Shown here in pieces: positions 11,870 to 23,606 of a stretch of DNA of 64,000 bases. Each line of letters opens with the position of its first letter. The first letter of the stretch is position 1. The position numbers were made by a program, and so were the translations under genes. The notes under the pieces are model-generated. The model did not search any database and was not told the DNA's origin. It was given only the letters and a program-made list of their open reading frames with translations. This stretch comes from Macrostomum lignano (lineage: Eukaryota), in contig NIVC01002295.1 in NCBI GenBank assembly GCA_002269645.1, positions 124,001-188,000 on the forward strand, given 5' to 3'.

Positions 11870-12420
11870 TCGAGAGGAGAGGTGGAATAAGAGAAAAAGA
11901 GAGGAGGGGCGAGGAAATGAGATGAGAGAAGAGGGAAGAGAAAAACAGATGACAAAAGAGAGAAAAAGAGAGGAGGGTCCAGGAGATGAGATGAGAGAGA
12001 TGGGAGGACAGAGGAGATGAGATGAGAGGAGTTGAGAGGAGAGAGATGCGAGCAAAGATGAGATGGGAGGAGGGAGATAACGGAGAGATGAGATGAAAGA
12101 TGGGGTGAGAGGAGATGAGAGAGGAGAGGCGAGGAGAGGAGAGGCGAGGAAAGGAGAGGAAAATAGAGGAGAGGAGAGGAGACTGGAGGAGATGAGAGGA
12201 GAGAGGAAATGAAAGGAGAGAGAAGATGAAAGGATATGAGAGGAGAGGAAACGAAACGAAACAAGAGGATAGGAGAGGAGAGCAGAGAAGAGAAGAGAGA
12301 AATGAAAGCCAAAGGAGAGGAGACGAGAGGAGCTGAGATGAGAGAGGAGAAAAAGAGGAAATAAGATGGGATGGGAGAGGAGGGACGGGGAGTAAAGAGG
12401 AATACAAACAGAAGAGAGAA
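11870..12420. repeat. GA-rich low-complexity tract
   Basis: Nearly pure purine GAGAG/GAGGA run on the + strand. Confidence 0.9.
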
Positions 12421-12575
12421 GATTATAGTGGCAATGGCAACAGATGAAATAAAACTGACAGATGATACAATACAGTGATATCCGTCGCAAACTAAAATCC
12501 AAGATTACACGCAACTAAGCGATAAGGATGGACAGAATCAATCAATTGGAAAGAAAAGACGAGCTAGTCAGCCAG

Positions 12576-15500
12576 CTAGTCGTCGCAGGACACGTGTGTA
12601 AACAAATAAGACATGCTCTCATTATTGTGTATGCGCCGGATGCCCTCAGCAACCAGCACAGACACGTCTACAGTTTTGATTTTGTGACACTGCATCTTCT
12701 GCACCTCGTGCGGCACTGTATTGGTGACCACCACTTCGTCTATGCGACAGTCGTGGGCGGCTATTTTAGTAGCGGCATCGGCGCTCAACAGGCCGTGGGT
12801 GGCCATCACGATGACTCGGTAGGCGCCACGGTCGTGCAGCAGCTCGGCGGCTCGTACAAACTGTTCAATATCGTCTACCATGTCCTCTACGATGATGGCG
12901 ATGCGACCGGAGACGTCGCCAACTAGCTGCATGTGAGCCTTCTCCTTGGCCACAGGCATTGGGAAGAATTTCACTCCGGCATGGTGCAGAGGTCTGGCGT
13001 TTGATTGCCGAAATTACAGCATGTTAATCAATGCATGACTAGCCCTCCTACGCAATCCCTGCCTTACCCTCATAGACAATCCCTGCCTTACCCTCATAGA
13101 CAATCCCTGCCTTACCCTCATAGACAATCCCTGCCTTACCCTCCTAGACAATCCCTGTCTTACCCTCCTAGACAATCCCTGCCTTACCCTCCTAGACAAT
13201 CCCTGTCTTACCCTCCTAGACAATCCCTGCCTTACCCTCCTAGACAATCCCTGCCTTACCCTCATAGACAATCCCTGCCTTACCCTCCTACGCAATCCCT
13301 GCCTTACCCTCCTAGACAATCCCTGCCTTACCCTCCTACGCAATCCCTGCCTTACCCTCCTAGACAATCCCTGCCTTACCCTCATAGACAATCCCTGCCT
13401 TACCCTCATAGACAATCCCTGCCTTACCCTCCTACGCAATCCCTGCCTTACCCTCCTAGACAATCCCTGCCTTACCCTCCTACGCAATCCCTGCCTTACC
13501 CTCCTAGACAATCCCTGCCTTACCCTCGTAGACAATCCCTGCCTTACCCTCCTAGACAATCCCTGCCTTACCCTCCTAGACAATCCCTGCCTTACCCTCA
13601 TAGACAATCCCTGCCTTACCCTCCTAGACAATCCCTGTCTTACCCTCCTAGACAATCCCTGCCTTACCCTCATAGACAATCCCTGCCTTACCCTCCTAGA
13701 CAATCCCTGCCTTACCCTCATAGACAATCCCTGCCTTACCCTCCTAGACAATCCCCGTCTTACCCTCCTAGACAATCCCTGTCTTACCCTCCTAGAGAAT
13801 CCCTGTCTTACCCTCCCGGTGGTACCTCCCTAGATAAAACTATCCAAATAAGAAGTCCAGCACTTGAGCAACAATAACGAAGAATGCAAAGTAAATAAAC
13901 AGCATATTCAACTCTACTAGCTATCTGATGAAACTATATAATAACTTTAACAATAAAGGCAGATTACTATAATTTATACACGCGAATAAGTCATCAGTGT
14001 AACAAAATAAAAATCCATAAAATGGCAAAGCCTATACTTGAATAACTGCATATGCTACATAGTAACTGTAACGAAATCCTCCCAACCTCATTAAGCAAAT
14101 ATAATAGTGAAAGTACAGACTTCAATAATTTAAGCACTATAGTTGCCATGCAATGCAGATAATACGTAAATACCTGTGGCCCAGACGGGCGGGCTGTTTT
14201 AATCCACGAGTTAGCCTGGAAATATTGGTTCGAAGTTTTACAGTGCTTAATGCACTCAATAGCTACTGACAGGGTTAAATACGTTTTGCTTAATAATTTT
14301 TAATGTGCTACATGTAAGTACAAACCATAGTACACAACTCGAAAAACAACAATTAAAAGCATATTGAATCTACAAACCCGGTACTTTGTGTATAAGTTTA
14401 TGTACTTTTAATGTCAATATATGTACTTTAAATCTAAAAATGTACTTTTAATCTAAAAATGTACTTTTAATCTAAATTTGTAGTTTGAATCTAATCGATG
14501 TACTTTTATTATAAATCTATGTACTTTTAAATCTAAATCTATGTACTTCGAGTCTAAATCTATGTACTTTGAGTATAAATCTATGTACTTTGAGTATAAA
14601 TCTATGTACTTTGAGTATAAATCTATGTACTTCGAGCATAAATCTATGTACTTTAAATCTAAATCCAGACACGCTCTCGCAGTTCGGAACGGATTGAAGG
14701 TCCCAGAGAAACACAGAATCAAAGCAATCTAACGCACAGAAAACTATTAGGACACTATTTGCAGAAGTACGATAACAAGCAAAACCAAAGCGCAAATTAA
14801 GATCCTGCCCGGATCTACCAGCTACTAACCTTCGCTCTTCGACAGCACCTACGCCGCTAGCGCCACCAACGCCACCAGACGCTCCGGCAGCTTCCAACTG
14901 ATCAGCCTGCTGCATGGGCGGCGGCGGCGAGTTCCTACCGTCGGCCTGTTCCGATTCCGAGTGCTCCTCGCCGTGAATAACGGCCAAGGGCAGCCGGAGC
15001 CGTTCAGAATAGGAAGCGGCCCGCTGCATAGCGGCGGCATTCCTGGCCACAATGACCGCATTGCGATAATCCGACACGTCGTTCATCACGTATTGGATTA
15101 GAAACGAAGACGCTCTCAGATTGTCAATAGGCACGCTGTAGAAGCCTTGAATCTCTTTCTTATGCAAGTCAACTGTGATCATGCGGCTTAGGCCGGTGTG
15201 ACAGAATAGCGCGGCTAATAGCCTACTAACGATTGCGCCGCGTTTTCTCATCTTACTCTGCTTACAGTAGGGCAGATAGGGCATGACAACGTTAATAGTG
15301 CGAGCGTCGGCGGTTTTACAAGCGTACATCATTATAATGAGCTCCATAATATCGTTATTAACGTTCTTAGTGCCAGTTTGAATAATAAACACGTCCCTAG
15401 ATCGCATTGTCTCGTTGATTTCAACGCTAGTCTCTCTGTTGCTTTTTTGTAGCACGGATACGCTGCCTAGAGGCACGGAGAGGTACCTGGATACCAGGCG

Positions 15501-15581
15501 GGCGAATTCCGGATGCGAGTTGCCGGCTAGAAGTACCATGCCTTTGGTTGGCATGCCCATTGCTGTGGCCTGGCGATTCAT
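12576..15581 (-). CDS. PRPSAP: Phosphoribosyl pyrophosphate synthetase-associated protein (non-catalytic)
   Basis: Exons 15581-14830 and 12993-12576, phase 2. Motifs [31 protein letters not shown] insertion, and [10 protein letters not shown] in place of the catalytic DDMIDTxGT; VVTNTVP. The start codon is uncertain. Confidence 0.92.
13040..13815. repeat. 24-bp intronic minisatellite
   Basis: Unit TAGACAATCCCTGCCTTACCCTCC, about 32 copies. Confidence 0.96.
14395..14660. repeat. 21-bp intronic minisatellite
   Basis: Unit AAATCTATGTACTTTGAGTAT. Confidence 0.9.
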
Positions 15582-15704
15582 TCTGCCGCTGCAAAGCATC
15601 AGTATTGAAGTTGGTTGTGCAGCTGCACTGTGCATATATTTCATACTGCATGCGTTTAGCACTGATTGCTAAGGACTATCTGTGCTCCAATGATAAAAAA
15701 ATGG

Positions 15705-16265
15705 GTCTCAGTCATCTGCCTAAGTGTGTCTCAGTCATCTAAGTGTGTCTCAGTCATCTGTCTAAGTGTGTCTCAGTCATCTGCCTAAGTGTGTCTCAGT
15801 CATCTAAGTGTGTCTCTTCGTCTGTCTAAGTGTGTCTCAGTCATCTGTCTCAGTGTGTCTCAGTCATCTAAGTGTGTCTCATCATCTGTCTAAGTGTGTC
15901 TCAGTCATCTGTCTAAGTGTGTCTCAGCCATCTGTCTAAGTGTGTCTCAGTCATCTAAGTGTGTCTCAGCCATCTGTCTAAGTATGTCTCAGCCGTCTGT
16001 CTAAGTGTGTCTCAGCCATCTGTCTAAGTGTGTCTCAGTCATCTAAGTGTGTCTCATTCATCTGTCTAAGTGTGTCTCACTCATCTGTCTAAGTGTGTCT
16101 CAGTCATCTAAGTGTGTCTCACTCATCTGTCTAAGTGTGTCTCACTCATCTGTCTAAGTGTGTCTCACTCATCTGTCTAAGTGTGTCTCACTCATCTGTC
16201 TAAGTGTGTCTCACTCATCTGTCTAAGTGTGTCTCACTCATCTGTCTAAGTGTGTCTCAGTCATC
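15705..16265. repeat. 23/19-bp minisatellite
   Basis: Unit TCTGTCTAAGTGTGTCTCAGTCA with 4-bp-deleted variants. Confidence 0.93.
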
Positions 16266-17005
16266 TGGCTGTGTCCAGTACTAGTCTACCTATACTAAAC
16301 CCAGAACTTATGATAGACTAACACATTTGATTGCACAAAGACAAGCAAGGACGCAGAACAAACCATTGGAATGCTAAAAAATCTATATGAATATATTTAT
16401 CAATTAAAAAAAGTATTTTTTAGAAATCGTTATAAAATCTCATAAATCAAATAAAATTCAACGTGCAGACTACTTTAATTAGTTAGCACACACGGGATCC
16501 ATCATTATCTAATCAGATGTAGAAATCGGACTCACATAGTATTAACTAACTAATTATTAGCAAAAATGCAATCAACAAATGAATAAAATATTCCAACTAC
16601 CATAATTAAAAAATTAAGACAGTTTAATTAATAGGCCAGAATAAAAAATAAATTGGAATTGCACAATTTGGAAGACATAAAAGACTGTTAAAATCATTGA
16701 ATCCAACATATTTTGTTGACACGTGGTTTATCATCGAAATACTACTGCTACTACTTGACCAGCATAAGTAGTCAGTATGAATATTGTAGAAGATTTTTAG
16801 AAAATCACAGGAATCATGTATAAATTATATTTGTCATTGTATCGGAAATCTGTTTAGGGAAAAGCTAGATTTTGATCTGCGAAAAATTATCCAGTTAAGG
16901 GTGAACAATTTGAAATTAGGAATAAAACTACGATTGTATATGAATGATTAAAAGTTCGTCACCTGGAGCAGTGCAAATCGGATTAGTGTAAATGTAGGTT
17001 AGCCA

Positions 17006-19268
17006 CTATTTCGTCTTCAGCGGATCAAACTCGAAATCGGCGTCCATAGGACCGAAGCCGAGGCGCATCAGGTCTTGCTGCTGCTGCTGCTGCTGAGCAG
17101 AAGCAGAGGGCGCGGCGGCGGCGCTCGACTTTGTTGGTGGAACAAACGGAGCGCCAAAAAATGAATCTGAATTGAAGCCGCCCTGTTGCTGCTGCTGCTG
17201 CTGCGGAAACGGATTCGGCGCTGGTCTGGACGGTGGCGGAGCAACGGTCTGCTGCTGCTGCACCGGAGCCCAAGACTGATCGGTGTCAAAGTCCAGTATG
17301 ACCTCCGGCTGCGGCTTGGCTGCGGATGTGGCGGAGGCAGTCTGCAACAGCGGCTTGGCAGGAGTTGTAGCGGCAGCAGAAGCAGCAACGGTGGCGGTTG
17401 CTGCGCCAGACGCAGACGGCCTTGTTGTTGGCTGGGCCGTGGCGTCTTCGGAGGGCTGCGAGGATGCAATGTTTCGTATTTCAGTTAACTAGCAGTTATC
17501 AGTTTTAGGCTGGCTGGCTGGCTGGCTGACTGACTGACTGACTGACTGACTGACTGACTGACTGACTGACTGACTGACTGACTGACTGACTGACTGACTG
17601 ACTGACTGACTGACTGACTGACTGACTGACTGACTGACTGACTGACTGACTGCCTGACTGACTGAATGCCTGACTGACTGACTGACTGCCTGACTGACTG
17701 ACTGACTGACTGACTGACTGACTAACAAGCCAACCAATTAAAAGCAGTAAAAATGCAAAACATCTTTGCAAACAAAACCAACTAATCATCAAAGCCCTTG
17801 GCTACAAAGCATAAATGAGACTCTTAAGTTACGCGTCTCACCTGAGTAACCATCGTATGCGGAGCCTTTGCGTCTCCGCCAACGCCGCGAATCTCCGTGA
17901 CCTCTGTGATGTTCAAAAGTCGCAGGAATTCGTTTAGCTTGTCGGCCGGCACCTGTTCGCTGAGCTGCTTCAGCCTGGACCGGTAGATGTCTACCTGCTC
18001 TTTTAGACTCTGAAAAAGCAGACGATAGATTACAGATCCGTGATGTATATGAATGCTGTAGGATGGGGATTCTTTGGGTGCTGTAGGATGGGGATTCGGG
18101 GTGCTGTAGGATGGGGATTCTTCGGGTGCTGTAGGATGGGAATTCGGGGTGCTGTAGGATGGGGATTCTTGGGGTGCTGTAGGGTGGGGATTCGGGGTGC
18201 TGTAGGATGGGGATTCGGGGTGCTGTAGGTTGGGGATTCGGGGTGCTGTAGGATGGGGATTCTTCGGGTGCTGTAGGGTGGGGATTCGGGGTGCTGTAGG
18301 GTAGGGATTCGGGGTGCTGTAGGGTAGGGATTCGGGGTGCTGTAGGGTAGGAATTCGGGGTGCTGTAGGGTAGGGATTCGGGGTGCTGTAGGGTGGGGAT
18401 TCGGGGTGCTGTAGGGTGGGGATTCTTCGGGTGCTGTAGGATGGGGATTCGGGGTGCTGTAGGATGGGGATTCGGGGTGCTGTAGGATGGGGATTCTTGG
18501 GGTGCTGTAGGATGGGGATTCTTCGGGTGCTGTAGGATGGGGATTCTTCGGGTGCTGTAGCATGGGGATTCGGTGTGCTGTAGGGTGGGGATTCGGGGTG
18601 CTGTAGGGTGGGGATTCGATGTGCTGTAAGGTGGGGATTCGGGGTGCTGTAGGATGGGGATTCGGGGTGCTATCGAGACACTCACCACTTTGGGTATCTT
18701 GCCCTCTTTAACGCGCATCTCGTAAGCCAAATCGAAGGCCTGATTCAGAGTCAGCACCATGTCGCGGGTCTGCAATATTAATAAGAGAAATACAATAATA
18801 TATATAAAGTCACGATGCTCAAAGAATTTCAGTTTAGTATGCACTTACCTTGTTAATATCGTGTTTAAACAGCGTGCACTCGAACTCCGCTTTCTCAGCC
18901 GCTTTAGGCGGCGAAGTCTCGTACACAATAGCCAGGTAGTGCCGGTCAGCCGGGTCGCGGGCAATGTAGGAAATCTTCTCGATTGGCACCTTCATCAGGT
19001 GGGTCTTGGTCACCACCTCTTCGCCGCTGAATACCTCGATGCCCTGCACGGAGATGTGCACAGACACCATTGGCGCCTGCTTCACGCCGGATTCTTTGCG
19101 CCGAGATTTGCCTTCGCGCATTTTCTCGCTGGCCCGCTGAACAACGTGGATGCCTTTGGCCTCGGCGGCCGGGTACGTGCCCTCGAATTTGCACTGGAAT
19201 GACACGCCGTCGCGTCGGCGAAGATCTTCGTCTGGGTGGAGGCGCTGACTGGATTGGGTGTCGGGCAT
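17006..19268 (-). CDS. GULP1: CED-6/GULP-like PTB-domain engulfment adaptor
   Basis: Exons 19268-18849, 18769-18686, 18009-17842, 17488-17006, all phase 0. PTB: KGIHVVQRA...VHISVQGI...KISYIARD...MVLTLNQAFDLAYE, then a coiled segment (QVDIYRSRLKQL) and a Pro/Gln-rich tail ending FDPL. Confidence 0.78.
17509..17724. repeat. (CTGA)n microsatellite in intron
   Basis: About 50 tetranucleotide copies. Confidence 0.97.
18053..18672. repeat. 23-25-bp intronic minisatellite
   Basis: Unit GGGTGCTGTAGGATGGGGATTC(TT)G. Confidence 0.95.
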
Positions 19269-19344
19269 GGCTGCGGATGGAAGTTGCGGCAAAATTAACC
19301 GATTAGACTGTGCGCTAGTATAACAGTAACTGCACCTGCATGAT

Positions 19345-19575
19345 GAGGCTGAGAAGAACAGATGGAAAATTGCGAGGGGAGGAAGGAGAAAGAGAGGAGA
19401 GGGAAGAGAGGAGAGGGACGAGAGGAGAGGGACGGGAAGAGAGGAGAACGGAAAGAGAGGAGAGGATGGAGAAAGAGGAGGGATGAGGGAGAAAGGAGAG
19501 AGGAGTAAGAGAGGAGAGGGAGAGGCGGAGGGAGATATGAGAGGGGGAGAGGAGGGAAGGGAAAAGAGAGAGCCA
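19345..19575. repeat. GA-rich low-complexity tract
   Basis: Purine-rich run upstream of the PTB gene start. Confidence 0.85.
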
Positions 19576-20783
19576 AATTATAGAGTAGAGGTTCAGGCCA
19601 CATGTACTCAGAATAATACAAATTAGTATTGACGTTGCAAAAAACACAATATTGTAATTAGCTCTTACCCATAATTCAATATTTTACTTCTTAAATTTGT
19701 TTTTTTAATCAGAAAAGGCACAGAAAATAAAACTATAAGACAATAGAAGCAACAATTATAACACTAATTTTGACTAGCCTTATATACTTAGTTTAATAAT
19801 ACATATTATTTGTACATGACTAAGTTCTAAATTAACCTTGATAACAAAAATACGAGAATAAATAACAAAAAACGCGCATACGTGTATATATTGTAAAGAT
19901 GTAACCTCTGTATTTGTTTAAATATAACTGCTGTGAGATTTTCATACACAAAAAGGCGCTTTACGCAAGGAAACCATGCAGTTTTAAAAGAGAAAGAAAT
20001 CATTACAAAAATATTTATCATCTGTTCTTTTCTGTCGAACCAGACATTTAAAAATTGAAACATATCAGCCAAAATCTTAGATACTACTAAATCAGAGAAG
20101 TAGCATTTAAATGTCTCGGTAATAATCTGGAAGAAAAAAAGGACGGAAGCTACAGACAGAAACAAATTCTCCAATGAAATCTATTATTCTTGATATTATG
20201 AATAAATAAACAGCTAGATAAACACAAAGGAAAAATCTCTAGCTGAGTCTATTCATGTGTAAAAAGGCAACAATAGCAATAATTAGTAGATAATTCAGTC
20301 AGCTGAGTTCACTCAGTTTTCTATATTACGATTACAAGGGCACCATGGATGACCCTCAGGTCGCCAGGAAGACACGGCAAGGTTCAACTGAAATGCGACA
20401 GCCAATAATAGGAGCGATTGTAATATATTGTTGGGTGGAAACAAGAATTTGAGACACTCAATTGAATTTGAGTGTCTCAATTGTACAGAAAGGAGAATTT
20501 CTCGTTTTGAAGTGTAATATGTTCAATTTTTGCATATTAAGCTGTTGTAATTGCCATATTTTGTAGCGGATGTCCCCAAAGAGTATTATTTTAATTGACT
20601 CCTAGCTCTTCGTCAATATTACGCCCTGATCTCTAGACTCAATATAGACAGAAATGAGCTTTGCACACAGGAAAATGAAGGTCAGTGGCAGCATGTTCTG
20701 TATCGGATTACACCACGGGCTCAGGCGCTTTGTCTCTTTTAAAGCAACTTCTGTCGATTTTCAAGGACTTTCAAGTGGCCATA

Positions 20784-21099
20784 GGGGTTGTAGCCCAGTG
20801 GTTAGAGCGTCGGACTCACGAATTGAAGGTCGGCGGTTCGATTCCCGATCCCACTGGAACAATTTGTGTCCTTGAGCAAGACACTTAACTCTGCATTGTT
20901 TCAGTTCCCCCAGCTGTAAAATGAGTGCCAGCATTAGCTGGGGTAATTGAGGATGTGTGGCGACCCCCCAGTCCTTGGACTGAACAGCCGTACGCAGCCT
21001 TCAGATGCGCCGCGCAATAGCTGCGGCTGAGCTGTCGGTTGCACATCTGCTCATTAGGGCAGGTGTAATAATCAATTGTTATTATTATTATTATTATTA
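20784..21099 (+). mobile_element. tRNA-derived SINE with MIR-like CORE domain and (ATT)n tail
   Basis: A box TAGCCCAGTGG at 20791-20801 and B box GGTTCGATTCC at 20835-20845. 20865-20925 (TGTGTCCTTGAGCAAGACACTTAAC...TCAGTT...CTGTAAAATG) resembles the CORE consensus. ATT repeat tail at 21079-21099. Confidence 0.8.
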
Positions 21100-21339
21100 C
21101 TCGAATTGGTTCCCTTTCTTTTCCATTAATCAAGTTGATGATCTGATATGCGTATTTTCTGTCTATGGCAGACTCCGGGAGCGCATTTTTTCTCGAGTTT
21201 AATTGATACGCGCAATTGAAACCACAAAAAAAACTATCTGAGTTATAAGAACAGCATGCAAAAAATTAATTAGTGTTGGGCTATGAATTAAATAATTCAA
21301 TACTAGACAAATCTCGATCATTCAGCTTCAGTAATACAC

Positions 21340-22659
21340 ATGAGTCAATTCCTGACCAATATAATGAGCAGCAATAAAAAGCAACAGGAACAACTGGAGA
21401 CTCAATCTGCTTTCCGTCTGGACTTCTGCTCACCAGTTTATCTAAACAGTCTGCTCCGCCAACAGCACCTGCACTGGCTGGAGATTCATCAGCGGAGCAG
21501 GGACAGCTGTTCGATTGCCACAGTAATAACTCAGTTTCTATTCGTCATCCCAACCAGCTTGGCTAATTTGATCTGCGTACTAGGCACCGAAGCTCCTCTG
21601 TTAAAAGCGCAGCTGGGCTGCCAGTTGCGCCGGGTTCGAACTCCGGACTACGTCGCTCCGGACGGCCTGCAGACGTTCAGCGTTGACTATGCCGACGGAG
21701 GAGCGAGTGCGCACGCCAAATTTCTGGCCGCTTTGAATCGAATCTGCGTGCGTCTGCAGCTGACAAACATCTGCTTGGGACCGGCCGACAGTCGCAGCTG
21801 CGGAGACACTACAGTCAATGGCGCCAGGTGCAGCGCCTGCGCCAAGGTGCGAACCCACACCAAGACTGTCCGCGGCGCCAGCGCTGCGCCCCGATTCCAG
21901 CGTCAACCGCTGCTCACGCCTCCGCCACCGTCGCAGTCGCAGCGACCAAAAACTGCAGACAAATCAAAAGAGAAAGCAGCCGCCGACCAAATGGCTGAAG
22001 CAGCAGCCAATGAAATTATGCACCGATTGCAGCTTGTCAACTCTGCTATCGGCACCGCGGCTGTGGCAACGGCTTCCACTAGGGTGGCACTGCGCCGCTG
22101 CGAAGACGAACTGATGGAAGCTGCGTTTGTCAAATTGCGTCTGCACGCTAGCGCTGTGAGCATCTTCTCTGACTGGGCAGGCCAGCTAACGGACAGGCTT
22201 ATTGTCGGTTGCGCTGGCCTGCTAGCCAGAGCTGTCGCTTTGCGCCATGCCGCAGCCTCCGGCGTTGCTGACGCCGCAGTCGACGAGTTGATTCGTCGGG
22301 TGGCCACCGGGCCGCTCATCGCAGAGCTGGCCACAGTTGAAAGGACGCCGCTGTTCCGGGCTTGCCTGCTCTGCGACCTGCGCACCAGCCGTCAGCTGCT
22401 GTTGGACCAGCAGCCGTTGCGCCGTCGCTGTCCAGGTTGCGGCGCGAACTTCACAGCCGTCGCGGCCACCAGATTCGGCGCTGCCTACCAGCTCACCGTC
22501 AAGTCGCAGCGATGCGGCGTGGCCTGTCACGCATCGCTGCTTCAGCTGGCCGAAAGTGCCCGCGTTGCCAAGGACGCAAGCCTGGGCAGCCTACTGCTGC
22601 AAAAGATTGCCGCATTGCCTGTCTCAAATTCTTCGGGTTTGGCATTTTTCCAATCATAA
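21340..22659 (+). CDS. Uncharacterised intronless protein (439 aa) with two Cys clusters
   Basis: Long ATG-started ORF with GC-rich codons inside AT-rich flanks. ICLG..SC..RCSAC and CLLC...CPGC motifs; no family recognised. Confidence 0.7.
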   Translation: MSQFLTNIMSSNKKQQEQLETQSAFRLDFCSPVYLNSLLRQQHLHWLEIHQRSRDSCSIATVITQFLFVIPTSLANLICVLGTEAPLLKAQLGCQLRRVRTPDYVAPDGLQTFSVDYADGGASAHAKFLAALNRICVRLQLTNICLGPADSRSCGDTTVNGARCSACAKVRTHTKTVRGASAAPRFQRQPLLTPPPPSQSQRPKTADKSKEKAAADQMAEAAANEIMHRLQLVNSAIGTAAVATASTRVALRRCEDELMEAAFVKLRLHASAVSIFSDWAGQLTDRLIVGCAGLLARAVALRHAAASGVADAAVDELIRRVATGPLIAELATVERTPLFRACLLCDLRTSRQLLLDQQPLRRRCPGCGANFTAVAATRFGAAYQLTVKSQRCGVACHASLLQLAESARVAKDASLGSLLLQKIAALPVSNSSGLAFFQS

Positions 22660-23359
22660 TATTCATCTCGCCTGTTAGCTGCTCCAGTTTAGCGGTAGCT
22701 GCAGTACATAAAAATTAGCTTTGTTTTGTTTTAATTTTAATAGACAAAGACTTTTTGCAGGATGCTATTTGCTGTAAACTTGTTGAATAAAAGGTTGCAT
22801 CGGACAACATTTTCAGTAGATATTATATTTTCATAAATACTTTATTACTGCGCTACCTTCGTCACCAGCATGAGTTTTCAGTTGCTAACCTACCAGAGCC
22901 AGCTATTTGTGTCAGTCGGTTCCGAGCATAAGAAACTCCACCGATTATTTCCAAGCAATCGTCTTCAGTTAGCAACAAAGCAATTGTAAATGTGCGTGTT
23001 TGAACTAGCTGCTCACAACAATGGTTCAAACGGTGACTTTCGCATTCCATATTATAAATATATTATCTAGATAGTACAGTACACAGTGCTTATTTTGTTA
23101 CAAAGCATTTCGACTTGAACGATTTAAATTGAACTATATAAAATAGTCTAATAGGCTTTCAGTAGATAGCTATGGACAAACCAATATTTTACTATCGATT
23201 AAACTTCAGTGCCACGTCAAAATCATTCATTAGGCACTCTTTTAATCTCAATCCATATCTGCTGATCAATAATGATCATTAATTATCAATAGGCAATGCA
23301 GTGGGATACTGCAAGTCGACTGCCGACGATTCAGGTTAGGGCTATTGTTGAAGTTTAGG

Positions 23360-23545
23360 TTATGATTCAGGTTAAAGCTGCTGTTTAGTTTAGGGTTTGG
23401 GATTAGGTTAGGGATTGGGATTAGGTTAGGGTTTGGGATTAGGTTAGGGATTGGGATTAGGTTAGGGTTTGGGATTAGGTTAGGGATTGGGATTAGGCTA
23501 GGGTCTGAGATTAGGTTAGGGATTGGGATTAGGTTAGGGTAAGGA
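23360..23545. repeat. Telomere-like 18-bp G-rich repeat
   Basis: TTAGGG(A/T)TTGGGATTAGG units. Confidence 0.85.
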
Positions 23546-23606
23546 CTAGATTTGCAGTCAATTTGTGGCAGTCAAATGTCAACTGACAATCAATTGCGCC
23601 AGTTAA

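Noticed and set aside
13005-13877. ORFs over the 24-bp repeat, and similar ORFs at 11624-12514, 17789-18844, 28247-29493, 36383-37200, 41470-42799, 43542-44315, 47379-48412
   Set aside because: They are translations of mini- or microsatellites and low-complexity tracts, mostly within introns, and are open on several frames and strands.
5321-19268. Two PTB-domain adaptor genes within 14 kb as a functional cluster
   Set aside because: They belong to different PTB subfamilies on opposite strands with unrelated genes between them; nothing indicates more than coincidence.
20784-20853. Functional tRNA gene
   Set aside because: The T-stem and anticodon stem are defective, and the sequence continues into a CORE-like body with an ATT tail, so it is a SINE head.
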